Shown here piece by piece: positions 20,142 through 30,887 of a stretch of 64,000 nt of DNA. Origin of the DNA: Burkholderiales bacterium (GTDB lineage: Bacteria > Pseudomonadota > Gammaproteobacteria > Burkholderiales > SG8-41); NCBI GenBank assembly GCA_019749945.1, contig JAIEPF010000019.1:5747-69746 (forward strand). The letters run 5' to 3'. The notes beneath the pieces are model-generated. The model ran no database searches and was not told the origin of the DNA. It worked only from the letters and a program-made list of their open reading frames with translations. The translations under genes were made by a program, and so were the position numbers. Positions within the stretch are counted from its first letter, which is position 1. Each line of letters begins with the position of its first letter.

Positions 20142-23100
20142 ATGAACGAAGCAGTGACCGGCGCCGCATTGAGCGCGCCCGCCGAACAGGAAATCAGCCG
20201 CGACACGCTGATCGAGAAATACGCCAAGGGCAAGGAAACCAGCATCACCGAGGTACGCCGCCGCGTGGCGCGGGCACTGGCCCAGGCCGAAGCCGAGGAT
20301 CAGCGCAGCGTCTGGGAAAAACGCTTTTTGCAGGCGCAGGAAGACGGCTTCATCCCGGCCGGCCGCATCAACTCCGCCGCCGGTGTGCAGCTCGCGGCAA
20401 CACTGATCAACTGTTTTGTGCAGCCGGTCGGCGATTCGATCTCGGAAACCGTCGACGGCCGCCCCGGCATCTATATCGCACTGCAGGAAGCCGCTGAAAC
20501 CATGCGTCGCGGCGGCGGTGTCGGTTATGACTTTTCGGCTATCCGCCCAAAAGGCGCTGCGGTCAAGGGCACGCAGTCCAATGCCAGCGGCCCGGTGTCG
20601 TACATGCGCGTGTTCGACCGCTCCTGCGAAACCGTGGAATCCGCCGGCTCGCGCCGCGGCGCACAGATGGGTGTGCTGCGCTGTGACCATCCGGACATCG
20701 AGGATTTCATCCATGCCAAGGACAAGGGCGACCTCAGCAACTTCAATATCTCGGTTGGCGTCACCGACGTATTCATGGAAGCCGTCGAGCAAAACAAGGA
20801 TGTCGAACTCGTCCACCGCGCCAAACCCAATGCCAAGCAGGTGGCCGCGGGCTCGTACCAGCGCGAGGACGGGTTGTGGGTCTACCGCAAGGTACCGGCG
20901 CGTGATCTGTGGGAACAGATCATGCATTCGACTTATGACCACGCCGAACCGGGCATCCTGTTCATCGACCGCATGAACCGCGACAACAACCTCAATTATT
21001 GCGAAACCATCGAGGCCACCAACCCCTGCGTGACCGCCGACACCTGGGTCATGACCAGCGAGGGCGCGCGCCAGGTACATCAACTGATCGATACCCCATT
21101 CGACGCCATCGTTGATGGCAAGCCCTATCAGACCGAATCAAACGGATTTTTCGCCACCGGCACCAAACCCGTGCTCAAACTGCGCACCCGTGAAGGCCAT
21201 GCGCTGCGGCTGACTGCGGATCACCCCGTCCTCTCGGTCTCCGCACTGACCCGCTATCGCCGTGAAACGGAATGGCGCAAGGCCGGAGACCTGCGGCCGG
21301 GCGACGAGATCGTGCTGCACAACCATCACGACATCGCCGAGTGGGCAGGCCCGCATTCCGAAGCCGAGGGTTATCTGATCGGCCTGCTGCTGGGCGACGG
21401 CACGCTCAAGACCGACAAAGCGATACTTGGCGCCTGGGATCCGCTGGCCGTCAAAACCGCCAATGGCGAAACGCTGCAATCGCAGGGCGTCAGCGCGATG
21501 ATGAAAGCCGCCCATGAGGCCGCGCTGACGCTGCCGCACCGCACGGACTTCACGGGATGGCTGACGGTTGCCGGACAGCCGGGGCATTACCGGCTGGCGC
21601 TGGGCGCACTGAAATCCCTCGCCCATGAACTGGGCATGGCTCCCGGCCACAAAACGCTGACGCCGGAAATCGAGCGCTGCTCGTCGGCCTTCTATCGCGG
21701 CTTCCTGCGCGGCCTCTTCGATGCCGACGGTTCGGTGCAGGGCGCGCAGGCCAAGGGTGTTTCCGTCCGGCTCACACAGGTCAGCCTCACCGTGCTCGAA
21801 GGCGCCCAACGCATGCTGGCGCGGCTGGGTATCAACTCGACCATTTATCGTAATCGCAGAACCGGCGGCCCGCGTTCGCTGCCCGACGGCAAAGGCGGCA
21901 GCAAAGACTATCCGACCCAGCCTTTGCATGAGCTGATCATCAGCGGCGTCAACCTCGCGACTTTTGCAGCACGCATCGGTTTTGCCGATGCCGACAAGGC
22001 AGACCGCCTGAAGCGGTCGCTCGGTGCTTACCAGCGCACCCTCAACAGGGATCGCTTTGTCGCAACCGTCGACAGCATCGATGCAGACGGCATTGAAGCG
22101 GTCTACGACGTGACCGTATCCGCAGTCCATGCCTTTGATGCCAACGGCCTGTATGTGCACAACTGCGCCGAACAACCCCTTCCCCCCTACGGCTGCTGCT
22201 GTCTGGGTTCGATCGACCTGACCAAATTCGTCAAACAGCCATTTGCTGAAAACGCCAGCTTCGATTATGAACACTTCGGCCGCGTGGTGGCTGTCGCCAC
22301 CCGCATGCTCGACAACGTGCTCGATGTCACGGCCTGGCCGCTGAAACAGCAGCATGAAGAGGCCATGAACAAACGCCGTGTCGGCCTGGGCTTCACCGGG
22401 CTGGGGGACGCGCTGATCATGCTGCGCCTGCGTTACGACACGCCTGAAGCGCGGCAGATGGCGGCCAAAATTTCCGAAGCCATGCGTGACCACGCCTATC
22501 GCGCATCCAGTGAACTCGCCCGCGAAAAAGGTGCGTTCCCGCTGTTCAACGCAGACTTGTATTTGAGCGGCAGCAGTTTCGCCGCGCGCCTGCCGGAAGA
22601 CATCAAGCAGCTGATCCGCAAACAGGGCATCCGCAACAGCCACCTGCTGTCGATCGCGCCCACCGGCACCATCAGCCTGTCCTTTGCCGACAATGCCTCG
22701 AACGGCATCGAACCGCCCTTCTCCTGGACCTACACCCGCAAAAAACGCATGCCTGACAACACCATGCGCGAATTCGCGGTGGAGGATCACGCCTGGCGGC
22801 GTTACAAGGCGCTGGGCGGCAACACCGACAATCTGCCGCCGTGGTTTGTCACCGCGCTGGAAATCTCGGCGCGCTCGCATGAGGAAATGGTCGCCGCAGT
22901 CGCACCCTTCGTCGACACCAGCATTTCCAAGACCGTGAACGTGCCGGAAGATTATCCCTACGCTGATTTTCAGGATCTGTATTTCCGTGCCTGGAAATCA
23001 GGACTGAAAGGGCTCGCCACCTACCGTCCGAACAACATCCTGGGTTCGGTGCTGTCCGTGGAGCCCTCCGAAAAAGACAAGGCGCCGCAGGATTTCCGCA

Positions 23101-24173
23101 ACGATGACGTCAACCGCCGCATCCTGATGCAGAACCTGCCCGCACCGGTACTGTCCAGCCTGCGCTGGCCGGGCCGCCCGGCGATGAGCGCGGGCAATCC
23201 GGCCTGGACCTACATGATCGAACATCCGCACGGCGCCTTCGCGGTGTTCGTCGGCCACGTCGAAAGCAGCGTTGAAAGCGGCAACAAACGGGCCTTCGAA
23301 GTCTGGGTCAACGGCAGCGAGCAACCGCGCGGCCTCGGCGCCGTCGCCAAGACGCTGTCGATGGACATGCGCGCCTGCGATCCGGGCTGGCTGCAACTGA
23401 AACTCGACACCCTCGCCAAGGCCGGCGGCGATGAACCCTTCGACATGGCCTTCCCGCCGCTGGGCGAGATCAAACGCATGCCCTCGGTGGTGGCCGCCTT
23501 CGCGCAGGTGGTGCGTTGGCGCGTCGATCAACTTGGCGGCCTGACGCCGCCCGGCGCACCGCTGTTCGGCCAGTCGCTGACCCCGGTATTCGACGCCATG
23601 TTCTCGCTGAAGGAACCGAAGACCGGCACCGACGGCACGATGTCGTGGACGGTCGACGTGCTGAACCCGCGCACCGGCGATGATTTCGTACTGGGTCTCA
23701 AGGAAATCACGCTGCCCGGCGACGGCAAAAACCCCGGCGTCACACGGCCGTATTCGATGTGGCTGTCGGGTGAATACCCGCGCGCCCTCGACGGCCTGTG
23801 CAAAATCCTGTCGCTGGATATGCGGGTCATGGATCCGGCGTGGATCGGAATGAAATTAAAAAAATTACTCGACTTCCCGGAGCCGCTGGGCGACTTCATG
23901 GCCTTCGTGCCGGGCCAACGCAAACAGGCCACCTTCCCGTCGACCGTTGCCTACGTCGCGCGCCTGATCCTGCATCGTTACACCATGCTCGGCATCCTCG
24001 ACGCCAGCGGCGCACCGCTGACGCAGATGGGCATCCTCGAAACACCGGAGCGCAGCACAGCGCCCCAGGTGATGAAAGGCCGACGCTGTGATGAATGCGG
24101 CAACCACACGCTGATCCGCAAGGACGGTTGTGACTACTGCACGGCCTGCGGATTTACCGGGGCCTGCGGCTGA
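20142..24173 (+). CDS. nrdJ: adenosylcobalamin-dependent (class II) ribonucleotide reductase, intein-containing precursor
   Basis: Class II RNR N-terminal region, NPC...AEQPL finger loop split by an intein, C-terminal CDECG...CDYCTACG zinc ribbon. Confidence 0.9.
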   Translation: MNEAVTGAALSAPAEQEISRDTLIEKYAKGKETSITEVRRRVARALAQAEAEDQRSVWEKRFLQAQEDGFIPAGRINSAAGVQLAATLINCFVQPVGDSISETVDGRPGIYIALQEAAETMRRGGGVGYDFSAIRPKGAAVKGTQSNASGPVSYMRVFDRSCETVESAGSRRGAQMGVLRCDHPDIEDFIHAKDKGDLSNFNISVGVTDVFMEAVEQNKDVELVHRAKPNAKQVAAGSYQREDGLWVYRKVPARDLWEQIMHSTYDHAEPGILFIDRMNRDNNLNYCETIEATNPCVTADTWVMTSEGARQVHQLIDTPFDAIVDGKPYQTESNGFFATGTKPVLKLRTREGHALRLTADHPVLSVSALTRYRRETEWRKAGDLRPGDEIVLHNHHDIAEWAGPHSEAEGYLIGLLLGDGTLKTDKAILGAWDPLAVKTANGETLQSQGVSAMMKAAHEAALTLPHRTDFTGWLTVAGQPGHYRLALGALKSLAHELGMAPGHKTLTPEIERCSSAFYRGFLRGLFDADGSVQGAQAKGVSVRLTQVSLTVLEGAQRMLARLGINSTIYRNRRTGGPRSLPDGKGGSKDYPTQPLHELIISGVNLATFAARIGFADADKADRLKRSLGAYQRTLNRDRFVATVDSIDADGIEAVYDVTVSAVHAFDANGLYVHNCAEQPLPPYGCCCLGSIDLTKFVKQPFAENASFDYEHFGRVVAVATRMLDNVLDVTAWPLKQQHEEAMNKRRVGLGFTGLGDALIMLRLRYDTPEARQMAAKISEAMRDHAYRASSELAREKGAFPLFNADLYLSGSSFAARLPEDIKQLIRKQGIRNSHLLSIAPTGTISLSFADNASNGIEPPFSWTYTRKKRMPDNTMREFAVEDHAWRRYKALGGNTDNLPPWFVTALEISARSHEEMVAAVAPFVDTSISKTVNVPEDYPYADFQDLYFRAWKSGLKGLATYRPNNILGSVLSVEPSEKDKAPQDFRNDDVNRRILMQNLPAPVLSSLRWPGRPAMSAGNPAWTYMIEHPHGAFAVFVGHVESSVESGNKRAFEVWVNGSEQPRGLGAVAKTLSMDMRACDPGWLQLKLDTLAKAGGDEPFDMAFPPLGEIKRMPSVVAAFAQVVRWRVDQLGGLTPPGAPLFGQSLTPVFDAMFSLKEPKTGTDGTMSWTVDVLNPRTGDDFVLGLKEITLPGDGKNPGVTRPYSMWLSGEYPRALDGLCKILSLDMRVMDPAWIGMKLKKLLDFPEPLGDFMAFVPGQRKQATFPSTVAYVARLILHRYTMLGILDASGAPLTQMGILETPERSTAPQVMKGRRCDECGNHTLIRKDGCDYCTACGFTGACG
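21027..22163 (+). mobile_element. intein (379 aa) with LAGLIDADG homing-endonuclease domain
   Basis: Starts CVTADTWV (block A); LTADHPV (block B); [12 protein letters not shown] and [12 protein letters not shown] (LAGLIDADG pair); ends LYVHN followed by the +1 Cys of CAEQPL. Confidence 0.9.
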
Positions 24174-24291
24174 CGTTCCAGTCTGACGTTTCCAATAACT
24201 CTTCCGCAGTTTTCCGGCAGTCCACATGATTGGGTCACTACGCGCCGCCGCCACGGCGCGTAGTAATATTCCCCGCTTACCCGGAGGAAAC

Positions 24292-25020
24292 ATGCCCAAA
24301 ACCACCCTCGGCAAACTGCCGCGCGATGCCATCCGCATGCTGGAGTTGCCGCGCGTCGCACCCGAAATCCTCGAAGGATTCCGCAATCTGGTCGACTTGA
24401 CCGGCACCTTGTCCGATGCCTGCGATGAACTGGGCATCGTCGCGGTGATCCCCGGCTACATACTGCCGCCGGTCAACACCGGCAAACGCATCGTCGGCCC
24501 GGCGCTGACGGTGCGCAACATCGCCCACGCCACGCAGATCCACAAGGCGGCAACCGACAAAACCAGCGGCCAGGGCGAAACCGAAGCGCACAACCTCGCC
24601 GAACCCGGTGACGTGCTGGTGATCGAAGGCGTGATGGGCTGCTCGAACATGGGCGGCCAGTCCGCGACCATCGCCAAACGCCAGGGTTTCATCGGCGCCA
24701 TCGTCGATGCCACGGTGCGCGATCCTGAACAGTACCGCGGCATGGACTGGCCGGTGTGGTGCAGGGGTTTCACGCCGATCACCGGCAAATGGCGCATGCA
24801 GACCGTCGAGGTCAACGGCACGGTGCAGATCTGCGGCATCCAGGTCAGGCCCGGCGACATCGCCTGCGCCGACGAAGCGGGCGTTGCCTTCATCCCGCGC
24901 GAAAAAGCCGCGCAGGTGCTGGAAGCCGCGCGCAAAATCGATGCCGGCGACAACAAACGCAAGTCCGACATCGACGCCGGCGCCAGCGTGGCCGATCTGA
25001 TCACCAAAAAATACAAATAA
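24292..25020 (+). CDS. RraA-family protein (RraA/HMG-CHA aldolase-like)
   Basis: GGAGGA RBS. ...PGDVLVIEG...NMGGQSATIAKRQGFIGAIVDATVRD... family pattern. Confidence 0.8.
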   Translation: MPKTTLGKLPRDAIRMLELPRVAPEILEGFRNLVDLTGTLSDACDELGIVAVIPGYILPPVNTGKRIVGPALTVRNIAHATQIHKAATDKTSGQGETEAHNLAEPGDVLVIEGVMGCSNMGGQSATIAKRQGFIGAIVDATVRDPEQYRGMDWPVWCRGFTPITGKWRMQTVEVNGTVQICGIQVRPGDIACADEAGVAFIPREKAAQVLEAARKIDAGDNKRKSDIDAGASVADLITKKYK

Positions 25021-25048
25021 TCATCTGTTGCGAGGAGCACGAAACACC

Positions 25049-26506
25049 ATGAGCGAAGCCACCAACCTGATTTTCATCACGTCCGACGAGCACAACAAAC
25101 GCGTGCTCGGCTGTGCCGGACATCCGATGATCAAAACCCCCAACCTCGATGCGCTGGCTGCCCGCGGCACGCGTTTTACTTCGGCCTATACCAACTGCCC
25201 GATTTGCGTGCCGGCGCGCGCCGCCTTCGCCACCGGGCGTTATGTGCACGACATCCGTTACTGGGACAACGCCATCGCCTACGACGGCAAGATCCCGACC
25301 TGGGGCCACCGTCTGATGGCGCAGGGGCACCATGTCACCTCCATTGGCAAGCTGCATTACCTCGATTCGGACGCGAAACGCAACGGCTTCGACGAGGAAA
25401 TCCTGCCGCTGCACATCGTCAACGGCGTGGGTGACCTGCTGGGGCTGATCCGCGAAGAACTGCCGCGGCGCCCGGGTTCGGCCAATCTCGGTCCCGAGGC
25501 CGGCAAGGGCGAATCCGAATACACCCAGTACGACCGCAGCATCGCCGCTGAAACCATTAAATGGCTGAAACAAAAAGCGCCGGCGTTTAAAGCCAAACCC
25601 TGGGCGCTGTATGTTGGTTTTGTATCGCCGCATTTCCCGCTGATCGCGCCGCCGCAGTTCTACGACCTGTATCCGGAGGACGCGGTGCCCTGGCCCGACA
25701 TGTACGAAAAAGACCAGCGGCCGCAGCATCCCTTCACCGATGCCATGCGCAAATGCCTTTGTTACGATGATGCCTTCGATGCACCGATGGTACGCCGTGC
25801 GATCGCCGCTTACTTTGGCCTGACCTCCTTCCTTGACGACAACATCGGCCAGATCCTGCGCACGCTGGAGGAAACCGGGCTGATGAACAACACCCGCGTC
25901 GTGTATTCGTCGGACCACGGTGACAACCTCGGCACCCGCGGCATGTGGGGCAAATCGACCATGTACGAAGAATCTGCCGGGATTCCGATGATCATGGCCG
26001 GCCCCGGCGTGCCGAAAGGCAGTGTCTGCGACACCCCGGTGACGCTGGCGGATGGTTTCCCGACCTTCATCCATGCGCTGGGCGCGCAGGCGCATCCCGA
26101 TGACGCCAAACTCCCGGGCAATTCGCTGATCGACATTGCGCAGGGCCTGGTGCCGGCGCGCACCATCCTCTCCGAGTACCACGCTGCCGGCGCGGTATGC
26201 GGCGCGTCGATGATCCGCCACGGCCAGTGGAAATACATCCATTACGCGACACTGCCGCCGATGCTGTTCGACCTGAAAAATGATCCCTACGAACGCCGCG
26301 ACCTCAGCCGCGATCCGGCGCATGCGGCGGTGATCGCCGAATGCGAACAGGCGCTGCGCAAGGTGGTCAACCCCGAAGCCGCCGACCGGCTGGCGAAGGC
26401 CGACCAGAAAGCGATGATCGAAAAATTCGGCGGCGAAGAAGCGATCCTCAAGCGCGGCACCTTCCGTTATTCGCCGCCGCCGGGAGCCAAGGCCTCATAC
26501 TATTGA
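25049..26506 (+). CDS. Cys-type sulfatase, no signal peptide
   Basis: LIFITSDEHN and CVPAR (CxPxR formylglycine motif), SDHGD. Confidence 0.85.
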   Translation: MSEATNLIFITSDEHNKRVLGCAGHPMIKTPNLDALAARGTRFTSAYTNCPICVPARAAFATGRYVHDIRYWDNAIAYDGKIPTWGHRLMAQGHHVTSIGKLHYLDSDAKRNGFDEEILPLHIVNGVGDLLGLIREELPRRPGSANLGPEAGKGESEYTQYDRSIAAETIKWLKQKAPAFKAKPWALYVGFVSPHFPLIAPPQFYDLYPEDAVPWPDMYEKDQRPQHPFTDAMRKCLCYDDAFDAPMVRRAIAAYFGLTSFLDDNIGQILRTLEETGLMNNTRVVYSSDHGDNLGTRGMWGKSTMYEESAGIPMIMAGPGVPKGSVCDTPVTLADGFPTFIHALGAQAHPDDAKLPGNSLIDIAQGLVPARTILSEYHAAGAVCGASMIRHGQWKYIHYATLPPMLFDLKNDPYERRDLSRDPAHAAVIAECEQALRKVVNPEAADRLAKADQKAMIEKFGGEEAILKRGTFRYSPPPGAKASYY

Positions 26507-26538
26507 ATACAAAAAAACAAAACGACAAGGAGGAGATC

Positions 26539-27507
26539 ATGCATCACGTCCTGCGTCACCTCATCACCGGCATCGCGCTGCTGCTCGCAACGAGTCTCGG
26601 CTTCGCCCAGGCTTATCCGTCAAAACCGATCCGCTTCCTGGTGCCGAGTCCGGCCGGCGGCTCTCCGGACATCCTCGCGCGCATCGTCGGCGCCCGCCTG
26701 TCGGAGCAGATGAAGCAGCAGGTGATCATCGACAACCGCTCCGGCGCGAGCGGCATCATCGGCGTCGAAATCGTCAAAAACGCGGCACCCGACGGCTATA
26801 CGCTGCTGCTGGCCACCTCAACCATATTTGCCTCGCTGCCGGCACTGAAAAACAATCTGCCCTACGACGTCGAGCGTGATTTCGCACACCTGTCGCGCAT
26901 CGCATGGGTGGCGAATGTCGCCACGGTCAACGCCAACCTCGGTGTCAATTCCGTCGCCGACCTGGTGAAACTGGCCAAAGACAAGCCGGGCGGCCTCAAC
27001 TACGGCTCTGCCGGCAACGGCTCACCGGCGCATCTCGCCGGCGCCATGTTCAACGTGCTGGCCGGTGTAAAAACCACGCATATCCCGTACAAAGGCGCCG
27101 CTCCGGCGATGTCCGACATGATGGGCGGCCAGATCCAGTTTCTGATCACCTCCCCGCTGGTCGCGATGCCGCTCGGCCGCACCGGCCGCATCAAGGTGCT
27201 GGCGACCACCGGCGCGCAGCGCGATCCGCTGCTGCCCGAACTGCCGACGATGGCCGAAACCGTGCCCGGCTACGAAATCGTGCAGTGGTGGGGCGTCTCC
27301 GTGGCCAAAGGCACTCCTGCGGCAATAACCCAGCGGCTGCACAAGGAATTGATGACTGCGCTCAATGCACCCGAGGTCAGGGCCCTGATGAGCAAAAACG
27401 GCGCGACCTCCAACCCGGAGAGTCCCGCCGAATTCATCGCTTTCATGAAAGCCGAACGCGGCCGCATCGCCAACGTCGGCAAACAGGCCGGCATCGTGCT
27501 TGACTGA
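26539..27507 (+). CDS. Bug/TctC-family substrate-binding protein
   Basis: AGGAG RBS. Signal peptide, then AYPSKPIRFLVPSPAGGSPD. Confidence 0.9.
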   Translation: MHHVLRHLITGIALLLATSLGFAQAYPSKPIRFLVPSPAGGSPDILARIVGARLSEQMKQQVIIDNRSGASGIIGVEIVKNAAPDGYTLLLATSTIFASLPALKNNLPYDVERDFAHLSRIAWVANVATVNANLGVNSVADLVKLAKDKPGGLNYGSAGNGSPAHLAGAMFNVLAGVKTTHIPYKGAAPAMSDMMGGQIQFLITSPLVAMPLGRTGRIKVLATTGAQRDPLLPELPTMAETVPGYEIVQWWGVSVAKGTPAAITQRLHKELMTALNAPEVRALMSKNGATSNPESPAEFIAFMKAERGRIANVGKQAGIVLD

Positions 27508-27540
27508 AAAATTTGACCAAGAGTGCATAACAAAACGACC

Positions 27541-27615
27541 TTACCGAGGCCCCTCACCCCAACCCTGCTTTGCTTCAAGTGTTCCCTTGTCTCCCCGCAT
27601 GCGGGGAGAGGGAGA
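27541..27615. repeat. REP-like element with perfect 20-nt palindrome tctccccgcatgcggggaga (27590-27609)
   Basis: ccctcaccccaaccc ... ctccccgcatgcggggagaggg. Related in style to 54100-54222. Confidence 0.6.
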
Positions 27616-27646
27616 CTCTTATTTTGATACGTGCTCTAAAAATGCC

Positions 27647-29134
27647 ATGACCGAGCCCGCCAATCTGATCCTGTTCCAGTCCGACAACCACAACGGCCAT
27701 CTCGCCGGCTGCTACGGCCATCCCCTGGTCAAAACCCCGACCATGGACCGCATCGCCGCGGGTGGCGTGCGTTTTGCCAGCGCCTATTGCAGCAGCCCGC
27801 TGTGCTGCCCGTCGCGCTCCAGCCTCGCCACCGGCCGTTATCCGCACCAGACCGGTTACTGGGACAACGCGCTGACCTACGACGGACGGATGCCGACTTG
27901 GCACCACCGCCTGCGTGAACAGGGCCACAAGGTGACGGCGGTGGGCAAACTGCATTACCGTTCCAGCGAGGACGACAACGGTTTCACCGAGGAAATCGTG
28001 CCCATGCACTTGCATGAGGGCAAGGGTGCGATCAAGAACCTGCTGCGCGGCTACGGCACCGAACCGGCCAAGGACGACGGCAGTTTCTGGAAACTCTATA
28101 TCGAGCGTTCCGGCGTCGGCGCCACGCATTACCAGGACTACGACCGCGACATCACCGCCAAGGCCGTGACCTGGCTGAAGCAGCATGCCCATGCCGGCGG
28201 CAAACCCTGGGTGCTCTATGTGTCCTACATCAGCGCGCATCCGCCGTTCACGGTGCCGCAGCGTTTCTGGGACCTGTATCCGGAGGCGAAGATGCCGCTG
28301 CCGCCCGCGTTCCGCCCGGGGGAACGCCCCGAACATCCCGCCGTCGAGTTCCTGCGTTTCATGGACGGCATGCGCGCGATGACCGATGAAGCCGCGCTGC
28401 GGCGCATCGCCGCCGGCTACTTCGGCCTGATCACCCATCTCGACGAACAGATCGGCGAAGTCCTGAAGTCCGCGGAAGAACTGGGGCTGCTGGGCAATAC
28501 GCGCATTGCCTACACCAGCGACCACGGCGAACTGTTCGGCGCGCAGGGTGTGTTCGGCAAAAAAAACCTCTACGAAGGCGCCATCCGCGTGCCGCTGCTG
28601 ATCGCCGGTCCGGGCGTGCCGCGGGGCCGCGTGGTGCGGCAGCCTGCGTCCCACGTTGACCTGTTCCCGACCCTGGTCGCCGGCGCCGGCGCCCGACTCG
28701 ACGCTGCGGATCACGACCTGCCGGGGATCGACCTGTGGCCGGCGATCGGCGGCACGGAAATCCGGCGCACCGCATTCGCCGAATACCATGCGCAGGGCTC
28801 CAAGGCCGGCGCTTTTGTGCTACGCGACGGCGCAATGAAACTCATCTACCACGTCGGCATGCCGGCACAACTGTTTGATCTCGAAAAAGATCCGGATGAA
28901 ATCAGCGACTTGTCTGCGAACAATCCGGCTGTCGTTCGGGCACTGGAACAAAAACTTCGTGCCATTTGCGATCCGGAAGCCGTCGATGCACGCGCCAAGG
29001 CCGATCAGCGCAAAGCGGCGGATCGTTGGGGAGGTGCTGCAAAACTGCTGGGCGAAACCCAGATCCTGTTCACTCCACCGCCCGGTGTGTCCAAGGAAGA
29101 AGCCTGGAAAATTCCCTCTGGGCAAGGCAGCTAA
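27647..29134 (+). CDS. Cys-type sulfatase, no signal peptide (paralogue of 25049-26506)
   Basis: LILFQSDNHN, CCPSR (CxPxR), SDHGE. Confidence 0.85.
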   Translation: MTEPANLILFQSDNHNGHLAGCYGHPLVKTPTMDRIAAGGVRFASAYCSSPLCCPSRSSLATGRYPHQTGYWDNALTYDGRMPTWHHRLREQGHKVTAVGKLHYRSSEDDNGFTEEIVPMHLHEGKGAIKNLLRGYGTEPAKDDGSFWKLYIERSGVGATHYQDYDRDITAKAVTWLKQHAHAGGKPWVLYVSYISAHPPFTVPQRFWDLYPEAKMPLPPAFRPGERPEHPAVEFLRFMDGMRAMTDEAALRRIAAGYFGLITHLDEQIGEVLKSAEELGLLGNTRIAYTSDHGELFGAQGVFGKKNLYEGAIRVPLLIAGPGVPRGRVVRQPASHVDLFPTLVAGAGARLDAADHDLPGIDLWPAIGGTEIRRTAFAEYHAQGSKAGAFVLRDGAMKLIYHVGMPAQLFDLEKDPDEISDLSANNPAVVRALEQKLRAICDPEAVDARAKADQRKAADRWGGAAKLLGETQILFTPPPGVSKEEAWKIPSGQGS

Positions 29135-29142
29135 GGCCCCGC

Positions 29143-29172
29143 CAAAAAAATGGGCGCCGGGGAAGCGCCCAT
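29143..29172 (-). terminator. minus-strand rho-independent terminator with no upstream minus-strand CDS
   Basis: Stem atgggcgc / gcgcccat with a 7-nt loop. On the minus strand it is followed by T7 (A7 at 29144-29150 on plus). No T-run on the plus-strand side. Confidence 0.6.
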
Positions 29173-29301
29173 GAGGATCCTGCATGCGTTTGTGCGCGTT
29201 TTACACAGGCCATTGATTTTGCGGGGATTTCAAAACCAAACGCGGCCCGGCACGACGCTCACCATAACTAGACTCGGGGTTTCCGGTAAAGTTCCGCCGC
29301 C

Positions 29302-30234
29302 ATGACCCTCACTGAACTGCGCTACATCGTCGCCGTTGCCCGCGAAAGGCATTTCGGCCGCGCGGCGGAAACCTGTTTCGTCAGCCAGCCCACCCTGTCC
29401 GTGGCCGTCAAAAAACTCGAGGAAGAACTCGGCGTGCAACTCTTCGAGCGCGGCCCGGCCGAGGTCACGGTGACCCCTGCCGGCGGCCGGGTCGTTGAGC
29501 AGGCGCAGCGCGCGCTGGAGGAGGCCGAAAAAATCCGCAACATCGCCAAGTCCACCGGCGATCCACTGGAAGGCACGCTCAGGCTGGGCGCCATTTTCAC
29601 CATCGCACCCTACCTGCTGCCGCAGCTGATTCCGCTGCTGCGCCGGCGCGCACCGAAGATGCCCTTGATGCTTGAGGAAAATTACACCGCGACCCTGTCC
29701 GAGCGGCTGAAACGCGGCGACATCGACGCCGCCATCGTGGCACTGCCGTTCAGCGAAGCCGGCATCACCGTGACGCCGCTGTATGACGAACCCTTCGTCG
29801 TCGCGCTGGCCAAGACCCATCCCTGGGCCGCGCGCAAAACCGTTGCCGCCGATGAACTCGCGCGTGAAAACCTGCTGCTGCTCGGCAGCGGCCACTGTTT
29901 CCGCGACCAGGTGCTGAATGCCTGCCCGGCGCTGAACCGCTCCAGCGCCACGCCGGGCTCGCTGCAAAAAACCGTCGAGGGCTCCTCGCTGGAAACCATC
30001 CGCCTGATGGTGGCCTCGGGCATGGGACTCACCGTGCTGCCGGCATCCGCCGTGCCGGTGAAACGCGCCGCGTCCGACCTGCTGACCTACGTCCCCTTCT
30101 CGCGCCCGGTCCCCGACCGCCGGGTGGTGCTGGCTTCGCGTTCGAGTTTCCCGCGCAGCGCCGCGCTGGACGCCATCCGCGATGCAGTGGCGTCCTGCGA
30201 ATTACACGGCGCCACCCCGATCAAGAAAAAATAA
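29302..30234 (+). CDS. oxyR: LysR-family peroxide-sensing regulator OxyR
   Basis: MTLTELRYIVAVARERHFGRAAETCFVSQPTLS; GSGHCFRDQ redox-Cys region. Confidence 0.85.
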   Translation: MTLTELRYIVAVARERHFGRAAETCFVSQPTLSVAVKKLEEELGVQLFERGPAEVTVTPAGGRVVEQAQRALEEAEKIRNIAKSTGDPLEGTLRLGAIFTIAPYLLPQLIPLLRRRAPKMPLMLEENYTATLSERLKRGDIDAAIVALPFSEAGITVTPLYDEPFVVALAKTHPWAARKTVAADELARENLLLLGSGHCFRDQVLNACPALNRSSATPGSLQKTVEGSSLETIRLMVASGMGLTVLPASAVPVKRAASDLLTYVPFSRPVPDRRVVLASRSSFPRSAALDAIRDAVASCELHGATPIKKK

Positions 30235-30236
30235 CG

Positions 30237-30318
30237 TTTAAAAACAATTATTTATGGTTATTTCTCATTTATAGCTAATTACTATCAATTTAGTTAAAAC
30301 AATCAATTAGATTAATCA
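30237..30318 (+). promoter_or_regulatory. 82-bp strongly AT-rich intergenic region upstream of the rubrerythrin operon
   Basis: Sharp composition drop between the oxyR stop and the rbr start. Contains AAACAATnnnTTA-type motifs. Confidence 0.4.
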
Positions 30319-30387
30319 TTGGCCGGCGGCCAGAATGCACTCCATGCGTTGCGAGACGCAGCCTTTTATCAACCACAGGAGATGCAG

Positions 30388-30858
30388 ATGAAAGCCGAAT
30401 CAGTGACCATCAAGAACATCGAAGCCGCGTTCGCCGGCGAATCCATGGCGCATATCAAGTACATGTACTTCGCCAAAATCAGCCGCGAGCAGGGCGATAT
30501 TGAAACCGCCAAGGTGTTCGAGGAAACCGCCGCGCAGGAAGTGCAGCACGCCTTCGGCCACCTCGACCTGCTTTACCCGAAAACCGAGCTGACCCCGGCC
30601 AAGGCGCTGGACATGGCGATTGCCGGCGAAACCTACGAGTACAGCGAAATGTATCCGCAGTTCCGCCATCTCGCCGAACAGGAAGGCAACGCCGCGGCAG
30701 TGAAGGAAATGGACGAGCAGATCGAGGAGTCCAAGGAACACGCCGCACGTTTCCGGCAAACCCTCGCCAAGGCGGCCAAACGTTTCGCCGCACTGGCCAA
30801 GGTCGAGGAACGCCACGCCAACCACTACCGTTCGGTGCGCGCCAAAGTCGCGGCCTGA
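30388..30858 (+). CDS. rubrerythrin-family di-iron protein lacking the rubredoxin domain
   Basis: NIEAAFAGESMAHIKY, EVQHAFGH, ETYEYSEMY, ExxH ferritin-like ligands. Confidence 0.8.
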   Translation: MKAESVTIKNIEAAFAGESMAHIKYMYFAKISREQGDIETAKVFEETAAQEVQHAFGHLDLLYPKTELTPAKALDMAIAGETYEYSEMYPQFRHLAEQEGNAAAVKEMDEQIEESKEHAARFRQTLAKAAKRFAALAKVEERHANHYRSVRAKVAA

Positions 30859-30887
30859 GCTGACACCCACATCAAGGAGACAAGAAC

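Noticed and set aside
28820-29185. Minus-strand ORF 28820-29185 as the coding gene served by the orphan terminator.
   Set aside because: It would start inside the terminator hairpin and run antisense through the sulfatase 3' end, and it has shadow-ORF composition. The terminator is better explained by a non-coding transcript.
30237-30318. Counting the oxyR-rubrerythrin AT-rich spacer as further copies of the dispersed AT-rich element.
   Set aside because: It shares short AAACAAT/TCAAT motifs but does not align over the full ~35-bp consensus and has no exact IHF-consensus match. It is treated as a promoter region instead.
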